DNA of 64,000 bases, from assembly GCA_030248215.1 (NCBI GenBank), contig JASANG010002365.1, forward strand, positions 62,001-126,000. The letters run 5' to 3'. Positions 1 through 12,358 of this stretch are shown here, one piece after another (the stretch's first letter is position 1; each line of letters opens with the position of its first letter). Position numbers and translations under genes: made by a program. Below the pieces are notes generated by a model. It searched no databases and was not told where the DNA came from. It saw only the letters and a list, made by a program, of their open reading frames with translations. Origin of the DNA: Enoplolaimus lenunculus (taxonomy: Eukaryota).

Positions 1-207
1 TTTATGCCGGAACCAAGAATCTGATCCAACCTTGATATGCATCAGAATTTTACGTATGTGCAGCATCAGCATGACGTTTTTACTTGCGTTCATGCATCCA
101 CATGTCACAAGGGAACCCCGTTTATAGCTGGTTATCTTTTATTATCATATAACTGATTTCTTGTCATTACTTTAATCCAGCTATAAAGTTTAAATTATTG
201 TGTTTAG

Positions 208-3200
208 AAGCTACGGAAGCGACCTTCTGGATTGAGTGTTGAATCACTAGCGTCAAATGAGCCGGTGAAAGAAAGTACAGAAACGTTTGATACAAATGAT
301 CCGTTTAAATTAAAGGTTCAGCATTCATTTTAAATGTATTTTCGGTTAATAAAAACTACAGACATAATCGAGTTTAAATCGAATGTCAAAAGAAACCTAA
401 GCAATTTGATTGACTAAACTTAGTTTACATTTGGTATGTTTGCATATATAACATTGTTCTATATGTATTGAAGATGAAATTATAATTCTGCTTTTTAAGA
501 CTGGTGGAGTCGTTGACTTGAAGAAACTGAAACGATCTGAATGGGACGATGTAGATGTTGAAGAAAACATTAAACAAACATTCAGTCGAGAGTCTCATTT
601 ACGGCGAGTTTTACACATTATTTCAACTGGTTATACATGATTATTATTGGTCAATTTCAGGTAGTGCTAAATCAAGGTTTTTATATGTGTACGTAATTGT
701 GTTGACATTTTTGCATGCGTAGATATATCTTTTGTACCAATGGCCAATCGTATTGATAGGCTTTAACAGATAGGGAGCGATCGCCAATTTGTGCAACTAC
801 TCATTATTGTACCGATCGCCTATCAACGCATGGATGTATACAAGGGGAAATTGAAGGCATATATAATCGTTTCTGAAATTTGTGGAGCAACGGGAAAGGT
901 ATTTTCTCAGATTTGAATAAGCAGCGGTATTGTGAAGGCTGAAAATCTTCTCACTTGCTGTGGTTGCTCGTGAAAAACTTTAACATAACAGCATATCCTG
1001 CCCTATAACATTGTCCCTACTTGAAATTAAATCTTTGCTAAGCCCCAGTTCGAAGCAGTTAATAACAACTTATGCTTGTTTGTTGTTTTTCATCCATATC
1101 AATTTTTTTAATTTTTTTGTGTACTTAAGTACGTACGTGTATGTGTAAGTGTTGTTGAATTGCTGCAGAGATAGGTGTTTGGTACGTACAGATGTTTCAA
1201 TTGCCTATCCGTATGATGGCCAATTGGTAAGATAGGTGTTTGGTACATGACATTAGATCTACCTTTGATCACTGTTGCAATGCTTAGCTGTGTACTTACA
1301 CTTACACAGTGTATATTTTTGTTTTAGAGATGAAGATGAGGAAATGAGAAAGTACGTCGAAGAAGAACTCGCTGTGAGAACCGGGAAAAAGAGTGCTGCC
1401 GAAGCTGAAGAGAGCGATGCTGGAACTTCAAGCAACCAGGTTAAATATGTTTTTACACCTGCACGTATTTCGACGAAATTCCGTAAACACATCCCTGAGC
1501 CGGACAGCGACATATTTTGGAAGCGGATGTTGCATATCGTTTTGGTTTTGTGCGACTTATTTCTTTTGTATTATGTTTTTTATTTCAAATGTTTTGAAGC
1601 TTTAAATTCTATTCTTTTCAAACAATTTGTTTCTTTAAAAATAGTTCGTGTTGTACTTTATTACGTACAAGCTTGTGAATGTAGATTGTGCATTACATTA
1701 TTATACAGTGGCACTGTGTTTACTTGCGTTTATTTCGACCTAAATTAAACCTAAGTATATAGTTTTCTTTAATGAACTTGCAACTGTATTTTACGATTAA
1801 ACTAAGCTATTATTGTTGTCCTAACGTAACAGGATTCTAAAATTGAAGAAGAAATGTTTCAACTGCCTGATCGACTGAAAAAGTATCAAAGTACAAAAAC
1901 AGAAGAAATGTTGTCGAATCAGATGTTGTCTGGTATTCCAGAAGTTGATTTAGGTAAACATTCTGATGGTTTCATATTTGAATATAAATTAACGTTCTTT
2001 CTGCATTAACAAAATATTGCGTTCGGCTTGTAAATTACCGCTTCAGTGATGGTGATATTGTTCGCAAAACATTTTAGGTATTGATGTTCGAATTAAAAAT
2101 ATCGAAGAAACAGAAGCTGCGAAACTGCATTTACTTCGAAAGATAACTGATGAAAAAAAGAAGTTATCGGAAGTGACTACGGCACGGCAAGATATCGAAC
2201 AACTCAAAGCCCAGGATTATGTGCAACATCGACGGTATAAAATCGATAATTATACATCGATTGGAACTGAGGTACATATTATGCATGATTTGATATTATT
2301 GTTATTCGATGTTGTTCTCGTTGATTAACCTTCAAGCCTTGTGTTTTAACAGAATACGTTGAACACATTTGATTTTTATAAGTTTGTATTGGACTTGGTT
2401 TCTATAGAGAGCGCATGTATGTTTATTTTGCGTATTTGTCATTTTCTAAACATACTAATAATATGTATTATTAGTAGTGGTTGATCATTGAATAGTCAAA
2501 TAAGCACGCCAGGCATATCCCTGTTGTGGGAGTTTCGAACTATAAAATCATTGCAATCTGTTAAGACTTTGATACGTCTACCGGTAGCAAGATTACGCTG
2601 ACGGCAGGGTGCAACCGGAATTACAATTTACCGGAACCGGAACCGGAACCGGAATTTGAAAATTTTGCCGGAACCGGAACCGGAAAATGAAAAATGCATT
2701 TCACCAAAAATTTCATTTTAATCTTATTTTTTGCTCTATTATTTGTGAAATACCCTTAGTCGAACATAGGTATTTATTTTATTTGTTGTATTTTAGATTT
2801 TCATCATCGAATGAAGTGAAATCCACCATTAATGGCTTATATTCGGGTGTACAAGTGGCTTTCAAAAGAGATTCTTAAAAATTAGCAAAGTTAAGAAAAC
2901 GGCCAAATTATAATACCGGAATTTTTAAATCCGGTAAAAATTTACCGGAACCGGAACCGGAACCGGAAGGTGAAAAAATGCCGGAACCGGAACCGGAATT
3001 CCGGTTGCACCCTGGCTGACGGTTTATTATTTTTTCATACTGATGTAATGTTTGTTGTTCGACGTAAGCTGTTAACGTTATTGTGTTTGTATTTAGGACG
3101 AAACAAAGTTAAAGCGGCCAAATACTGAAATGGTGTTGATGTCTGATGATACTCCAAAGTTAGTGGTGATGGAGAAAACACCACGTGGATCGTTAAAAAG

Positions 3201-3348
3201 GCCTCTGGTTGTGTTACCTGCAAAGCCTGGAAACAGCAAGGCGACCGACAAAGAATGTCGAGAACGTTTTGTAGAAAAGCAAAAGAAATGGAGAGAAGAG
3301 GAAAAAATGAAAAGGGAAAAAGATAAATCGATATCTTCGAAAAAATGA
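208..3348 (+). CDS. C9orf78: C9orf78/TLS1 (HCA59-family) spliceosome-associated protein, 5'-partial; exons 208-315, 500-603, 1328-1439, 1833-1953, 2078-2271, 3097-3348
   Basis: Spliced translation KLRKRPSGLSVESL..NDPFKLK|TGGVVDLKKLK..SHLR|DEDEEMRKYVEEEL..|..KTEEMLSNQMLSGIPEVDLG|IDVRIKNIEETEAAK..YVQHRRY..|..KATDKECRERF..stop matches recalled C9orf78 motifs (DPF.KTGG.VD.KKLK, EEMLSNQMLSGIPEVDLGID..IKNI, KATDD). All exon phases are compatible. The start exon lies upstream of the window. Confidence 0.95.
2605..3014. mobile_element. hAT-type MITE with (AACCGG)n subterminal repeats, in a C9orf78 intron
   Basis: TIR CAGGGTGCAACCGGAATT/AATTCCGGTTGCACCCTG. Perfect 8-bp TSD GCTGACGG (2597-2604, 3015-3022). 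Confidence 0.92.
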
Positions 3349-4644
3349 TTATAATAGCATTGTGAAGTTACCTTGCTTAATCGACATTAACACGAAGTTG
3401 TATAAAATTATTATGCCGCATTAATTGGTATTTTTAGAGCTAGCGTTTGGCGAACTTTTAATATGAAGGTTCCAAAAGTTTGTTTTAAGCCTCTTGGTTC
3501 TGAATTTTTGGTATTTAAATCTTCCTAAATGCAAAAACCATTACCCTCTGCATGGTGGCTTTGTGTCGCTCAATCAGTTACTTTATGTCATGGGATCGCA
3601 GGCTATCGTCAAGCGCATGAAAGGTAATCAGCACATTTTATATTATGTTGTACGTTAATAAACGCAATAGCTGTTTAATTGATAGAGCCGATTGGTGTAT
3701 ACGATTCTAAGTAGTTGAATTATCGGTGCCGATCGGTGTGGTTTCTTTTTCTGTTATAGAAATAACGTATTTTTTACCTTCAAAATTTGTAATAAATCAC
3801 ATCTGGTATTTTTCATTACAGAATATGATGCAATTCTTCGAACAGACAATAAAAATTAATCCAAATAAAAATTTCGATGCAACCACTGCTTTTGTTTAAA
3901 ATTTTAAAAAGCCCGGCACCTTTGAAACTTTGGCCGAAACGTTTTATACTTCAATATCCGTTTTCCGTTATTTTGATCACGATCCGTATCCGTTAATATT
4001 TTTAATATCCGTTTAAACCCAGATGGAGAATGGTCAAGCGATACTGTCAGTTATAAAGCCACTCGTTCATAGTAACTGTTATCAACTTAGCATTAAAGGG
4101 CATTACGAATAACGCTCGGTTTGAAGAGGCCGGCTTGGAAACTTCGTGTCGCCTACAATACCGGTTTAAATTTTCAAATAATGATCGTGTACAACTGGTT
4201 CATATGTTATATGGTCAATTTTACACTTAATAGTCTTTAGGCTAAGAAATACATGCTTATACTACTGAAGCGAAATATTGCTTTACATTTTAGTAATTTT
4301 TTATTTTATATTTAATGCAAGCTTCAAATCGGGACCAACGTACATCACAGGAGATATCTATTTTCCTATGTGGAAAATTTATAGCCAGGAGTTCACAGAC
4401 AACGACTCTTGTTTTCTTTTTAAACGCTACGTTTTCTGCTACCAAATAGAAATAAATCAAAAGCATAGGTTTAAAATTGAAGACGGGAAAAGTGGAAAAT
4501 CAAAATAAACAGTTCGTCTTTTGGCCCAAAATGAACAATGAGGTTTGGTTTGGCTATAAGTTAAGGATCGTTCGGGTCCTACGGGAAAAATGAAAACTCC
4601 AGGCTCATACGTCTTCCTTTGGCTTGGTAACAAATATTGGAAAG

Positions 4645-5243
4645 CAGGGTGCAACCGGAGGTGAAATATTCCAGAGCCGGAAGAAAACGAAACTTGCTGG
4701 AGCCGAAGGTGAAGCGAAACGGAGTTGTAAAAATGATGGTCATTTAGTTAACCCTTTCTCACATGAATATTTTCTATTTCCCCTGAGATCTACTTTTATG
4801 CTAGGATTCGAACTCCAGTGACTGGAGTGGGAGGCGTATACCATCACCACTCAGCTATAAGAGCTTGAAGTTCGAGCCCGAGGGGGCTCTCACGTCTTGT
4901 GATGATTTAGTACTATGTATACTTGCTGCAATTGTTAAACACGGTGCGATATATGCTATTTACGTATATACACTGCGCTAAGTTGCCTACAGGCAACTCA
5001 ATGTGAGAAGGGGTTAATTTTAGCCAATATCTGTAAAATATCGTTAAGTTGTTGTTAGGTTTTACGCCAATTTTCTGCGAAATTTCGGAAATTCGTTTCG
5101 GAAAATTGTGACTAAAGTAAAACGAAACGCGCTAAACAGATAAATTGTGCAAAACTATGCAAAATTTAACTACCGAAATTGCCGAAACCTCCGGAAATAA
5201 TTCCACCGGAGCCGTAGCACAATTATCTGCCGGTTGTACCGTG
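4645..5243 (+). mobile_element. hAT-type MITE (CAGGGTGCAACCGG family) with nested piggyBac-like MITE
   Basis: Left TIR as at 2605; right end CCGGTTGTACCGTG. TSD TTGGAAAG/TTCGAAAG. Inverted uninterrupted relative at 37640-37970. Confidence 0.8.
4752..5013 (+). mobile_element. piggyBac-like MITE with internal tRNA-Gly-derived cassette
   Basis: TTAA TSD on both sides; TIR CCCTTTCTCACAT/ATGTGAGAAGGGG. Near-identical copies at 35553 and 54487. Confidence 0.9.
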
Positions 5244-5532
5244 TTCGAAAGGAAGGTAAAGTTTGGAAGACGGGAAAAATGCAAAGGTTAAACGCATAGG
5301 TTTTATCTTTCGGGCAACGGCTGAAAGGTGCGTTTTGGATAGTTTCGAAGAAAATTGCGGTGTGTCCGTTCGGTTCGGAAAAGTGAAAATTTAAAGCGCA
5401 TACGTAATCAATTCAACCGGTAACGGAATGTTACAAAACTTTTGGTTTAAAGTTCGGAAAACGAGAAAAGCAATTCAAATTTTATTGGCTTCAGTGGAAA
5501 ATACCCTGCAAACACTGTGTTCATATGCCGCA

Positions 5533-5802
5533 GACTGTAAAATTGCAGTGAGTCGATTTTAACTCAGAGTGAGTTGAATTACTCAGTCTGAGTTTAGGAC
5601 TATCAGAACTCAGATTTTTTAGTTGATTCAACTCTCTCTGAGTAAACTGATCAACTCACCCGTAAAATCATACCTCAACTGACAGAGAGAGAGAGAGTGA
5701 AAATCAGCTCAACTCAGAGTGAGTTAATGCTTATTGTTATTAACTTAGAAATAACTAACTCACTAGCTGAGTTGATTATTTAACTCATCGGAATTTACAG
5801 TG
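5533..5802. mobile_element. CACTG MITE, family B
   Basis: Reverse-complement homology to 50574-50825; right end GAATTTACAGTG|TA. Confidence 0.78.
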
Positions 5803-6121
5803 TAAGAGTACAGAGTCTTGAGTGGGGATCCGGTTAACGAAAACGATGCCCCCTATCTTTCTTTCAGCTGCATTTCAGTACGTCACAGGTACTAAAACTT
5901 GAATACTTCGGGGTTAAGTGCAGTGTCTACTGCTGTAAATTCCAACGAAATTCAGACAATTTTATTCTTCCGTTTTATTACGCGTTTGTTTCTACAGTAC
6001 ATCTATATTTTCAATTCTGTTTAACATCAGAGTTCATGAGATAAGTATTTTATTGTTTCAAGTATAATTTCAAGTCAACGACTATTAAAATTTAGCGCGC
6101 GAGGAATTTGGCAGATTTCTG

Positions 6122-6311
6122 AGCCCGTATTCTCAAATATGTGTAGCACCGATTACCAGTTGGTGATAGGTCTTGTAACTTTCGATCCAGGGAATAGTGA
6201 GATTTGAAATTCAGCACATTTATTGCTTTCGATTTTCTCTGCTACTGTGCCAATTTTGAAATCTGTAATTGCAGCAGTGCGTTAGTCTACATGCATTTGA
6301 GAATATAGGCC
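6122..6311. mobile_element. PIF/Harbinger-like MITE (GGCCCGTATTCTCAAATGTG family)
   Basis: 3-bp TSD CTG. Copies at 6576-6796 (TSD TAG), 11429-11650, 22249-~22817, ~41305-41524 and 51264-51578. Confidence 0.72.
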
Positions 6312-6575
6312 CTGATCTTATTAATGAGCAAGTTTAATTGTCGTGCTCTCAACGGGACTGGCAAGCGCCCTATGCCCGCGCCGTTTAAGCCTTGTGCTCC
6401 GCTTCATCCCAATATAGTTGCGATACTCGGATGGGAAAGATAATCATGATCCGAGTCAAGTTTCAACGCTTTTGTGATCTGGTTAATTATTACGGCTTCT
6501 GTAATGATCAGGGGGGCGGGACGTCTTTCCACGGGTCTAAAATATCTTAAGTTTTAGACCATTTGTTTGCTTTAG

Positions 6576-6796
6576 CGCCCAAATTCTCAAATGTATATAG
6601 CAACTATCTTCAGTTAGTAATAGGTTTTCAAACTCACTAACTATTGCAGTTGTTGAACTCAAAATTGGTACAAAAATAGCGCAAATCATACACGAAAAAT
6701 GTGCTGAATTTTGAGCTTCAGAATTCACTAGTTCAATAGTTACAAGCACTATCACCAATTAGTGATAGGTGCTACACACATTTGAGAATACAGACC
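6576..6796. mobile_element. PIF/Harbinger-like MITE (copy, inverted)
   Basis: TAG|CGCCCAAATTCTCAAATG...CATTTGAGAATACAGACC|TAG. Confidence 0.72.
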
Positions 6797-7225
6797 TAGA
6801 TAAAAGCTCATTGTTACGCTTAAACTTAGTCTTAAGAATATGCTTGCACTCCCGTTTACGGCCCGGACCCGTAGCTAAATAGGGCTCAACCCCTCGGAAA
6901 AAATTTTGCCCCTCAGAAAATTTTAAACCTTGCTGTACGTCAAACAGAAACCCTTGCATGTCCCACCTGAAACATTTTTAGCCTCCCCTAGCAAGGTGAG
7001 CTGGCTACAGGCTTGTAAAACCTTGTTTTACACATTGGTTATTTTCGCATGAGGTTCCCAGTGAATTTACACCCAGCTGCCTGAAAATCTAACTTCAAAT
7101 TGCGGAAAGATGATTTCGGGAGGGTACAACATTGTGAATATTAAAGTAAAATGCCTGCACTACAACACTACAGGACCATATTCTATTGTTAGCCGGCTAC
7201 TGTGATATATTTCATTAACCGTCTT

Positions 7226-7428
7226 GGCTAATGTAAAGAACAGGGTCGGAACAGTATTATAAGATTATTTCTAATCCTAAGCATAAGCCTATAAAAGCAT
7301 AAGAATGAGTTTATTCCTACGCACAATCCTAAGTCTAAACCTAGCAAAAATATTAATCTACAGCATAAGCTTCTTACTGTATTGTAGTCCCACAGAAAAA
7401 CGTTCCGCCCCTGATCTTTACACGAGAC
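7226..7428. mobile_element. TTAGGC-containing MITE
   Basis: Degenerate TIRs; TSD ACCGTCTT/ACCGTCTC. Confidence 0.75.
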
Positions 7429-7655
7429 ACCGTCTCAATTGATCGTAGCCTTTTAATGTTTAAGCAAATTAAAACATATCCAACATTTACATACCAACAT
7501 TTACATATGGTATTTTATAACTTGAGTTGATGAAAACATTATTAATGCCTGTTAATTTGAATAATAGGCTTTGTTTGACAGAACTGTGGGTAAACGTTTC
7601 AGTATTTTAGTAATACAACTCTGGTCGGCTTAGCAAATTTGCCAAACATTACTTA

Positions 7656-7823
7656 GGGTTGCGATTTACTAACCGCGCGTCGCTAAAGTCATTTATTAAA
7701 ATGTCGCACGGTGCCGCGTGCCACCGCACACCCCCGAATAGACTTTTTCTATATTTTTGTTGGCAACGCATGGCGACGCACTCCGGCGTCCGTGGTACGG
7801 CACTGTAAAGTATAGCCCAATCC
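7656..7823. mobile_element. Tourist/Harbinger-like MITE (GGGTTGCGCTATAC family)
   Basis: TTA TSD. Copies at 25756-25877, ~40150-40267, ~42325-42496, ~50486-50570 and ~61985-62136. Confidence 0.7.
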
Positions 7824-7964
7824 TTAGGGTTTGGGATCTTATGATATTTTGTATCCCAAAGTTCCACAATCCTATCTTCGACCGTATAAATCGTCCAGTT
7901 GCTACCTCAAATTCTTATGATGACCCGACGAGATTTTGGGACCGCAGCGAGGTGAACAAGAACT

Positions 7965-8128
7965 GGGACCCGTAGCCAAGGGGGGGGCATTGGAGCCCAG
8001 CCCCTCTGGAACATTTTTGCCCCCATAGAAAATTTTCAAGCTTGCTTTTAAGTTATTAAAAACCCTTGAATGCCCCTCCTAAAAAATTTTTAGCCCCCCC
8101 CCAGAAAAGTGAGCTGGTTACGGGCGTG
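7965..8128. mobile_element. Short GC-rich hAT-type MITE (CCCGTAGCCAG family)
   Basis: TSD CAAGAACT/CACGAACT. Relatives at ~6863-7015, ~26995-27145, ~28232-28395, ~32910-33077, ~45628-45790, ~56760-56880 and ~61795-61950. Confidence 0.65.
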
Positions 8129-9084
8129 CACGAACTCTTTGTACGATGTCCACTGTAAATTTTGTCGTTTGGATCGATACGTTTCCTAGATAATTTTAAG
8201 CTTTTATGAGAAGTTGTGATACGCTCCGATATTTAACAATTTTTTGCCAGCCCGCTACCCCCCATCAGAAATTTTTGGATCCAGCATACCTTCATCACGA
8301 TTAAAACTGGGGATTTGTCATTTTTGGATCAACCCCTTCCTCCAGCACACCATCGCAGAATTTTTGCCAAGTTAGATATAAGTAGGACATGCCCTGTTTC
8401 TAACTTTTCCTTTATCTGGGCGTATTGCACACATTTAATGATTTGGTCAACTTGACCGTGTTTGTACTATTTATACTAAATGCATATTTTGTCGTGCTTT
8501 CGGTCCAAATAAACTTCTTGTCTTGTCTTGCCTCTATTATTTACTGTGAGTTTGGTACTACGAGATACGTATATGAATACGCCGCGAAACCGTATGAACT
8601 GGACAGCATCTCTCAACATTTTTTCAACTGATCCCGCTAGTAATTTCAAGTTAAGCAGTACCATATAGAGCCCTTGCGTATGTAATTAGAACGAGGTTAT
8701 CTATTGCCTTTGAATAGGCCGCTGAGTTGCTTAGGCCACAAATTTTGACCTTTCCGTTGTGTGTATTTACGTTGTTTTTCGTTTGCTGGGTCAGCGGCTT
8801 TCGAAATGTGATAAAATTGTGTTTAGTACTTTATTTACATTAGAACACTGATACAGAAATCATACGTTAGAGGCAAACTTTTAAAATTCACTTTTAGGCT
8901 GCGGTAATTTATTTCGTATTAATGTCGCGCTTAATAAGTGGCAGGGGTACAAGGAGCCATGACCCCCAGAGCTATGACCGCTGAGGGGGCGTAATGGATC
9001 CAGCGGGATGTTCAAAAATCGTTTGCAGTATGCGTTATAAAGGTTACTATTTAACGCAAGTGATTCTGTGTATTTAATTTGATA

Positions 9085-9311
9085 CACTAAGTTTCAGTGA
9101 GTTGATTTTAACTCAGAATGAGTTGAATCACTCAGTCTGAATTAGGACTATCACAACTCAGAATTTTGAGTGATTCAATTCATTCTGAGTTAATTAATCA
9201 ACTCACCCAGAGTCAACTCAACTCAGAGTGAGGTAATGTATACTGATTTTAATTCAGAAATAACTCACTCGCTAGCTGAATAGATTAATCAACTCATTGG
9301 AATTTACAGTG
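9085..9311. mobile_element. CACTG MITE, family B
   Basis: TA|CACTAAGTTTCAGTGAG...AATTTACAGTG|TA. Confidence 0.8.
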
Positions 9312-10066
9312 TATTGAGATTAGCTGAAAAATGTGGCTGGCTTTTGCGGTCACGAAATATTATTTACTGTGTCCACATGTATCGATCCCAGGATTCTTAG
9401 CCGTCCGGCTTTTACGTAATCCCAAAACCGACATCCAAAATCAACTCTTTTATGTTTTACCATCTTTAGTACAAAAAATGCGTCTAATTTCTCACTCGCT
9501 TCGCTTACAACAGCTTCTTTGCCTTATTTATTCCTACCAACCTTTTGCCGACTGTTTATCGGTTCTAAAACCAAATATAGGGAAAACGAGGGATCGTATC
9601 CTTCACTGGATTGAGCCGAAACCGAAATTTTGTATTAAGATTTACTACAATTGCATTCGGTTTCCCGTTCGCTTCGGACGTTCTTTTAATCTTAAATACA
9701 AAATTTGCAATCCACATCAGAAATATTGGATCTGCCACCAAGAGCATACGTACTGCGTGTTGTGTTTTAGCAAATGCATTTTAGATATTAAATTTGTGGG
9801 GTGCGACAATAGAGTTGCACCCAGAAAGTATGTACCTGTCACGTCACTGTGTTTAACTCTTTCTCAATTGAATATTTTCGATTTTATTCAAGATCGAGTG
9901 TCAAGGTAAGTTGAACACCGGTCTCTGCGTTGGGCGTCGGCGTTTACCATAACCACTCAGCCATAGGAGCTTGTTGCTGTAGCAGAATCCGCTCGGACGA
10001 TTTGTAGAGAAATGGACCAATAGCCTATTTAATATAGGGGATGTTACTGTCACTACGGTAAAATGG

Positions 10067-10244
10067 GGCCCGCGTATAGAACTAGGCCGGAACAGTAGTA
10101 TAAGCATATTCCTAAGCATAAGCGTAAGAATGAGCATATTCCTAGCCTAAGCCTAAATCTAAGCAAAAAATTTAGTCTAACGCTTAAACTGACTCTATTA
10201 TAGCTCCTCCGGAAAACGATCCGGCCTTGTTCTATACATGAGCC
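10067..10244. mobile_element. TTAGGC-containing MITE
   Basis: Same TIR family; 9-bp TSD GTAAAATGG/GTATAATGG. Confidence 0.8.
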
Positions 10245-11147
10245 GTATAATGGATTGGTATATATTGTGACCATTTTAAATTTAAAAATTTTAGGAACAA
10301 ATAATATACAGCTATGAAGTTTGAAAATTTTGTTTTTCGAATTGAAAATTTTGTTTTTCGAAAATATTTCTCGTCAAAATTTTTGAAACTACGTATGACC
10401 TTATTTTTAGTCTGACACGTTTCGTGTTGTTGGTCATACGTTTTTAGCCCAAACTTATATTCTGATGTTATAGGTGCAATGGTTACGCACGGCAATAGCC
10501 AGGACAAACACGGATTCAGAAACTTTTTGACGCGAAAGGGGGGGGGGCTGAAAACTGTTATGCAAAGCAATTTTTACTGCATTGGTTCCTTATTATTTTA
10601 TCATCAAAAAATTTTCTGAGGGGGAAATTGTAAGGTGAATCTTACCATTTTATCACAAAAATTCTGACGCGGGGGCCTCACTCCAATTCTTCTCTGGATC
10701 CGCTAGTGAGAATTTGTTTTACCTAAATCGGGTTTATGAAGCATATTTATTAACTCAACTAAACTTTTTTCGAAACCATATTTGGGGTCTGCCCGGTCAC
10801 CTTGGCTTTCCGCCTGGTTATAAGCCCTGGCGGTACCGCTAAAATGCCGATCCTTTTGGTTTGTTCCACTTAACCTGAAAAGTATTGTTTGCCAATAAAA
10901 TATTCATGCGTTATGCTTAACAGCTTGTGCTGCTTTAGTTTTTCGCAAATATTAACGATATGACATACAAACTTGCGCGAATTTTCCGTATGTCATTCTT
11001 TTTAATTGGGCTTGTGTTCCAGTGGTGTTTCCTCTCGTTCAAAGCCGTTACACCAAAGGGGAGGTGGAGTCTGATTTGACTCAATTTGTGTAGTTCCGTA
11101 GAGCCTATTTCGGAGGGAGTCAATTTGACTCACCATTTTTTGCAGTG

Positions 11148-11337
11148 TGGAGTTGGAGGCGTATACCATCACCACTCAGCTATAGGAGCTTGACGCTCGA
11201 GTCCGAGGGGGATCTCACGTCTTGTGGTGATTTAGTACTATGTATACGTGTTGCAATTGTTAAACATGGTGCGATATATTATTTAACGTATACGCACTGC
11301 GCTGAGTTGCCTATAGGCAAGTCAATGTGAGAAGGGG
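11148..11337 (+). mobile_element. 5'-truncated piggyBac-like tRNA-cassette MITE abutting a CACTG-element right end
   Basis: Right TIR plus TTAA at 11338. The left part is replaced by a CACTG-family fragment (~11067-11147). Confidence 0.8.
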
Positions 11338-12200
11338 TTAATGCCAAAGATAAGACAACGTATTGCTTACAAGTAGTTTGTATGTGAAATTTAGAAAAAA
11401 TTTATCTTTTTCATTCATTAGAAGCAAGAGCTCGTGTTCTCGAATGTGTGTAGCACGTATCAGCAGTTTGTGATAGGTCTTGTAAACTTTAAACCAGGAA
11501 ATAGTGAGATTTGAAATTCAGCACATTTTTCGCATTTCATTTGATCTACATCTTTGCCACTTGTGAGAACCGCAATTGAACGAGTCTGTTAGTTTTTGAA
11601 AACTATCGTTAACTGGTAATAGGTGTTATACGCATTTTAGTATATGGGTCCAGGTAGTAATGAATTTAATAATTTTGAGATATCATGTTTCAAAATTTGT
11701 CCAGTAAACTCGTAAACAATAGTTTGATGGTTCTGATTTTTGAGTTAAAAAATTACTACGTTAACTTTTTAAGCTCATAGAAACTGCGGTTTTGGCGTAA
11801 TTTGTTTCGAAACCTTTACATAGGATTGTTTTTAATTATGCTTACAGGTTTTAAGCAACAAGTTTGCGGTCCATTGAGTAGATAGCGGCGGATCGAGGAA
11901 TTGCTGACGGAAGGCGGGGTGGCAAATGTGTTGGAACGCAAAAATTGTAAGGCAGGGACCGAATTATTTCATCATCAAAAAATTTTCAGAGGTGGAAAAA
12001 ATGTAAGGTAGGGACCTTATAATTTTATCACAAAAAATTTCTGAGGTAAACTTAGGGACCTTATTTTTTTACAACAAAATTTTTGAAGGTGAAATTGTAA
12101 GGTAGGGACCTTACTATTTTATCATAAAAAAATTGTGATAGGGAGCGTGCGTCCCCTCCCCCGCCCCCCTCTGGATCCGCTTGTGTAAACAGAGTTAGTC

Positions 12201-12358
12201 GGTCCATGTATAGAGCAGAGCCGGAACAGTAGTATACTAAACCTAAGCGTATGGATGAGCCTATTCCTAAGCCTAAGCAAAAAAATTAGTCTAAAGCTTA
12301 AACTGACTCTATTATAGTCCCTCCGGACAACGATCCGGCCCTGGTCTATACATGGGCC
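12201..12358. mobile_element. TTAGGC-containing MITE
   Basis: Same TIR family; GTTAGTC duplicated on both flanks. Confidence 0.82.

Noticed and set aside
1275..1748. 157-aa ORF as a standalone gene
   Set aside because: Only 1328-1439 is exon; the rest is intron read-through.
208..3348. Functional link between TLS1 ('telomere length and silencing') and nearby TTAGGC MITEs
   Set aside because: The protein acts through splicing, and the MITEs are scattered across the whole window. The adjacency is most likely coincidence.
9331..9909. 192-aa ORF as a gene
   Set aside because: No recognisable domain, hydrophobic intergenic-like composition, and no supporting exon chain.
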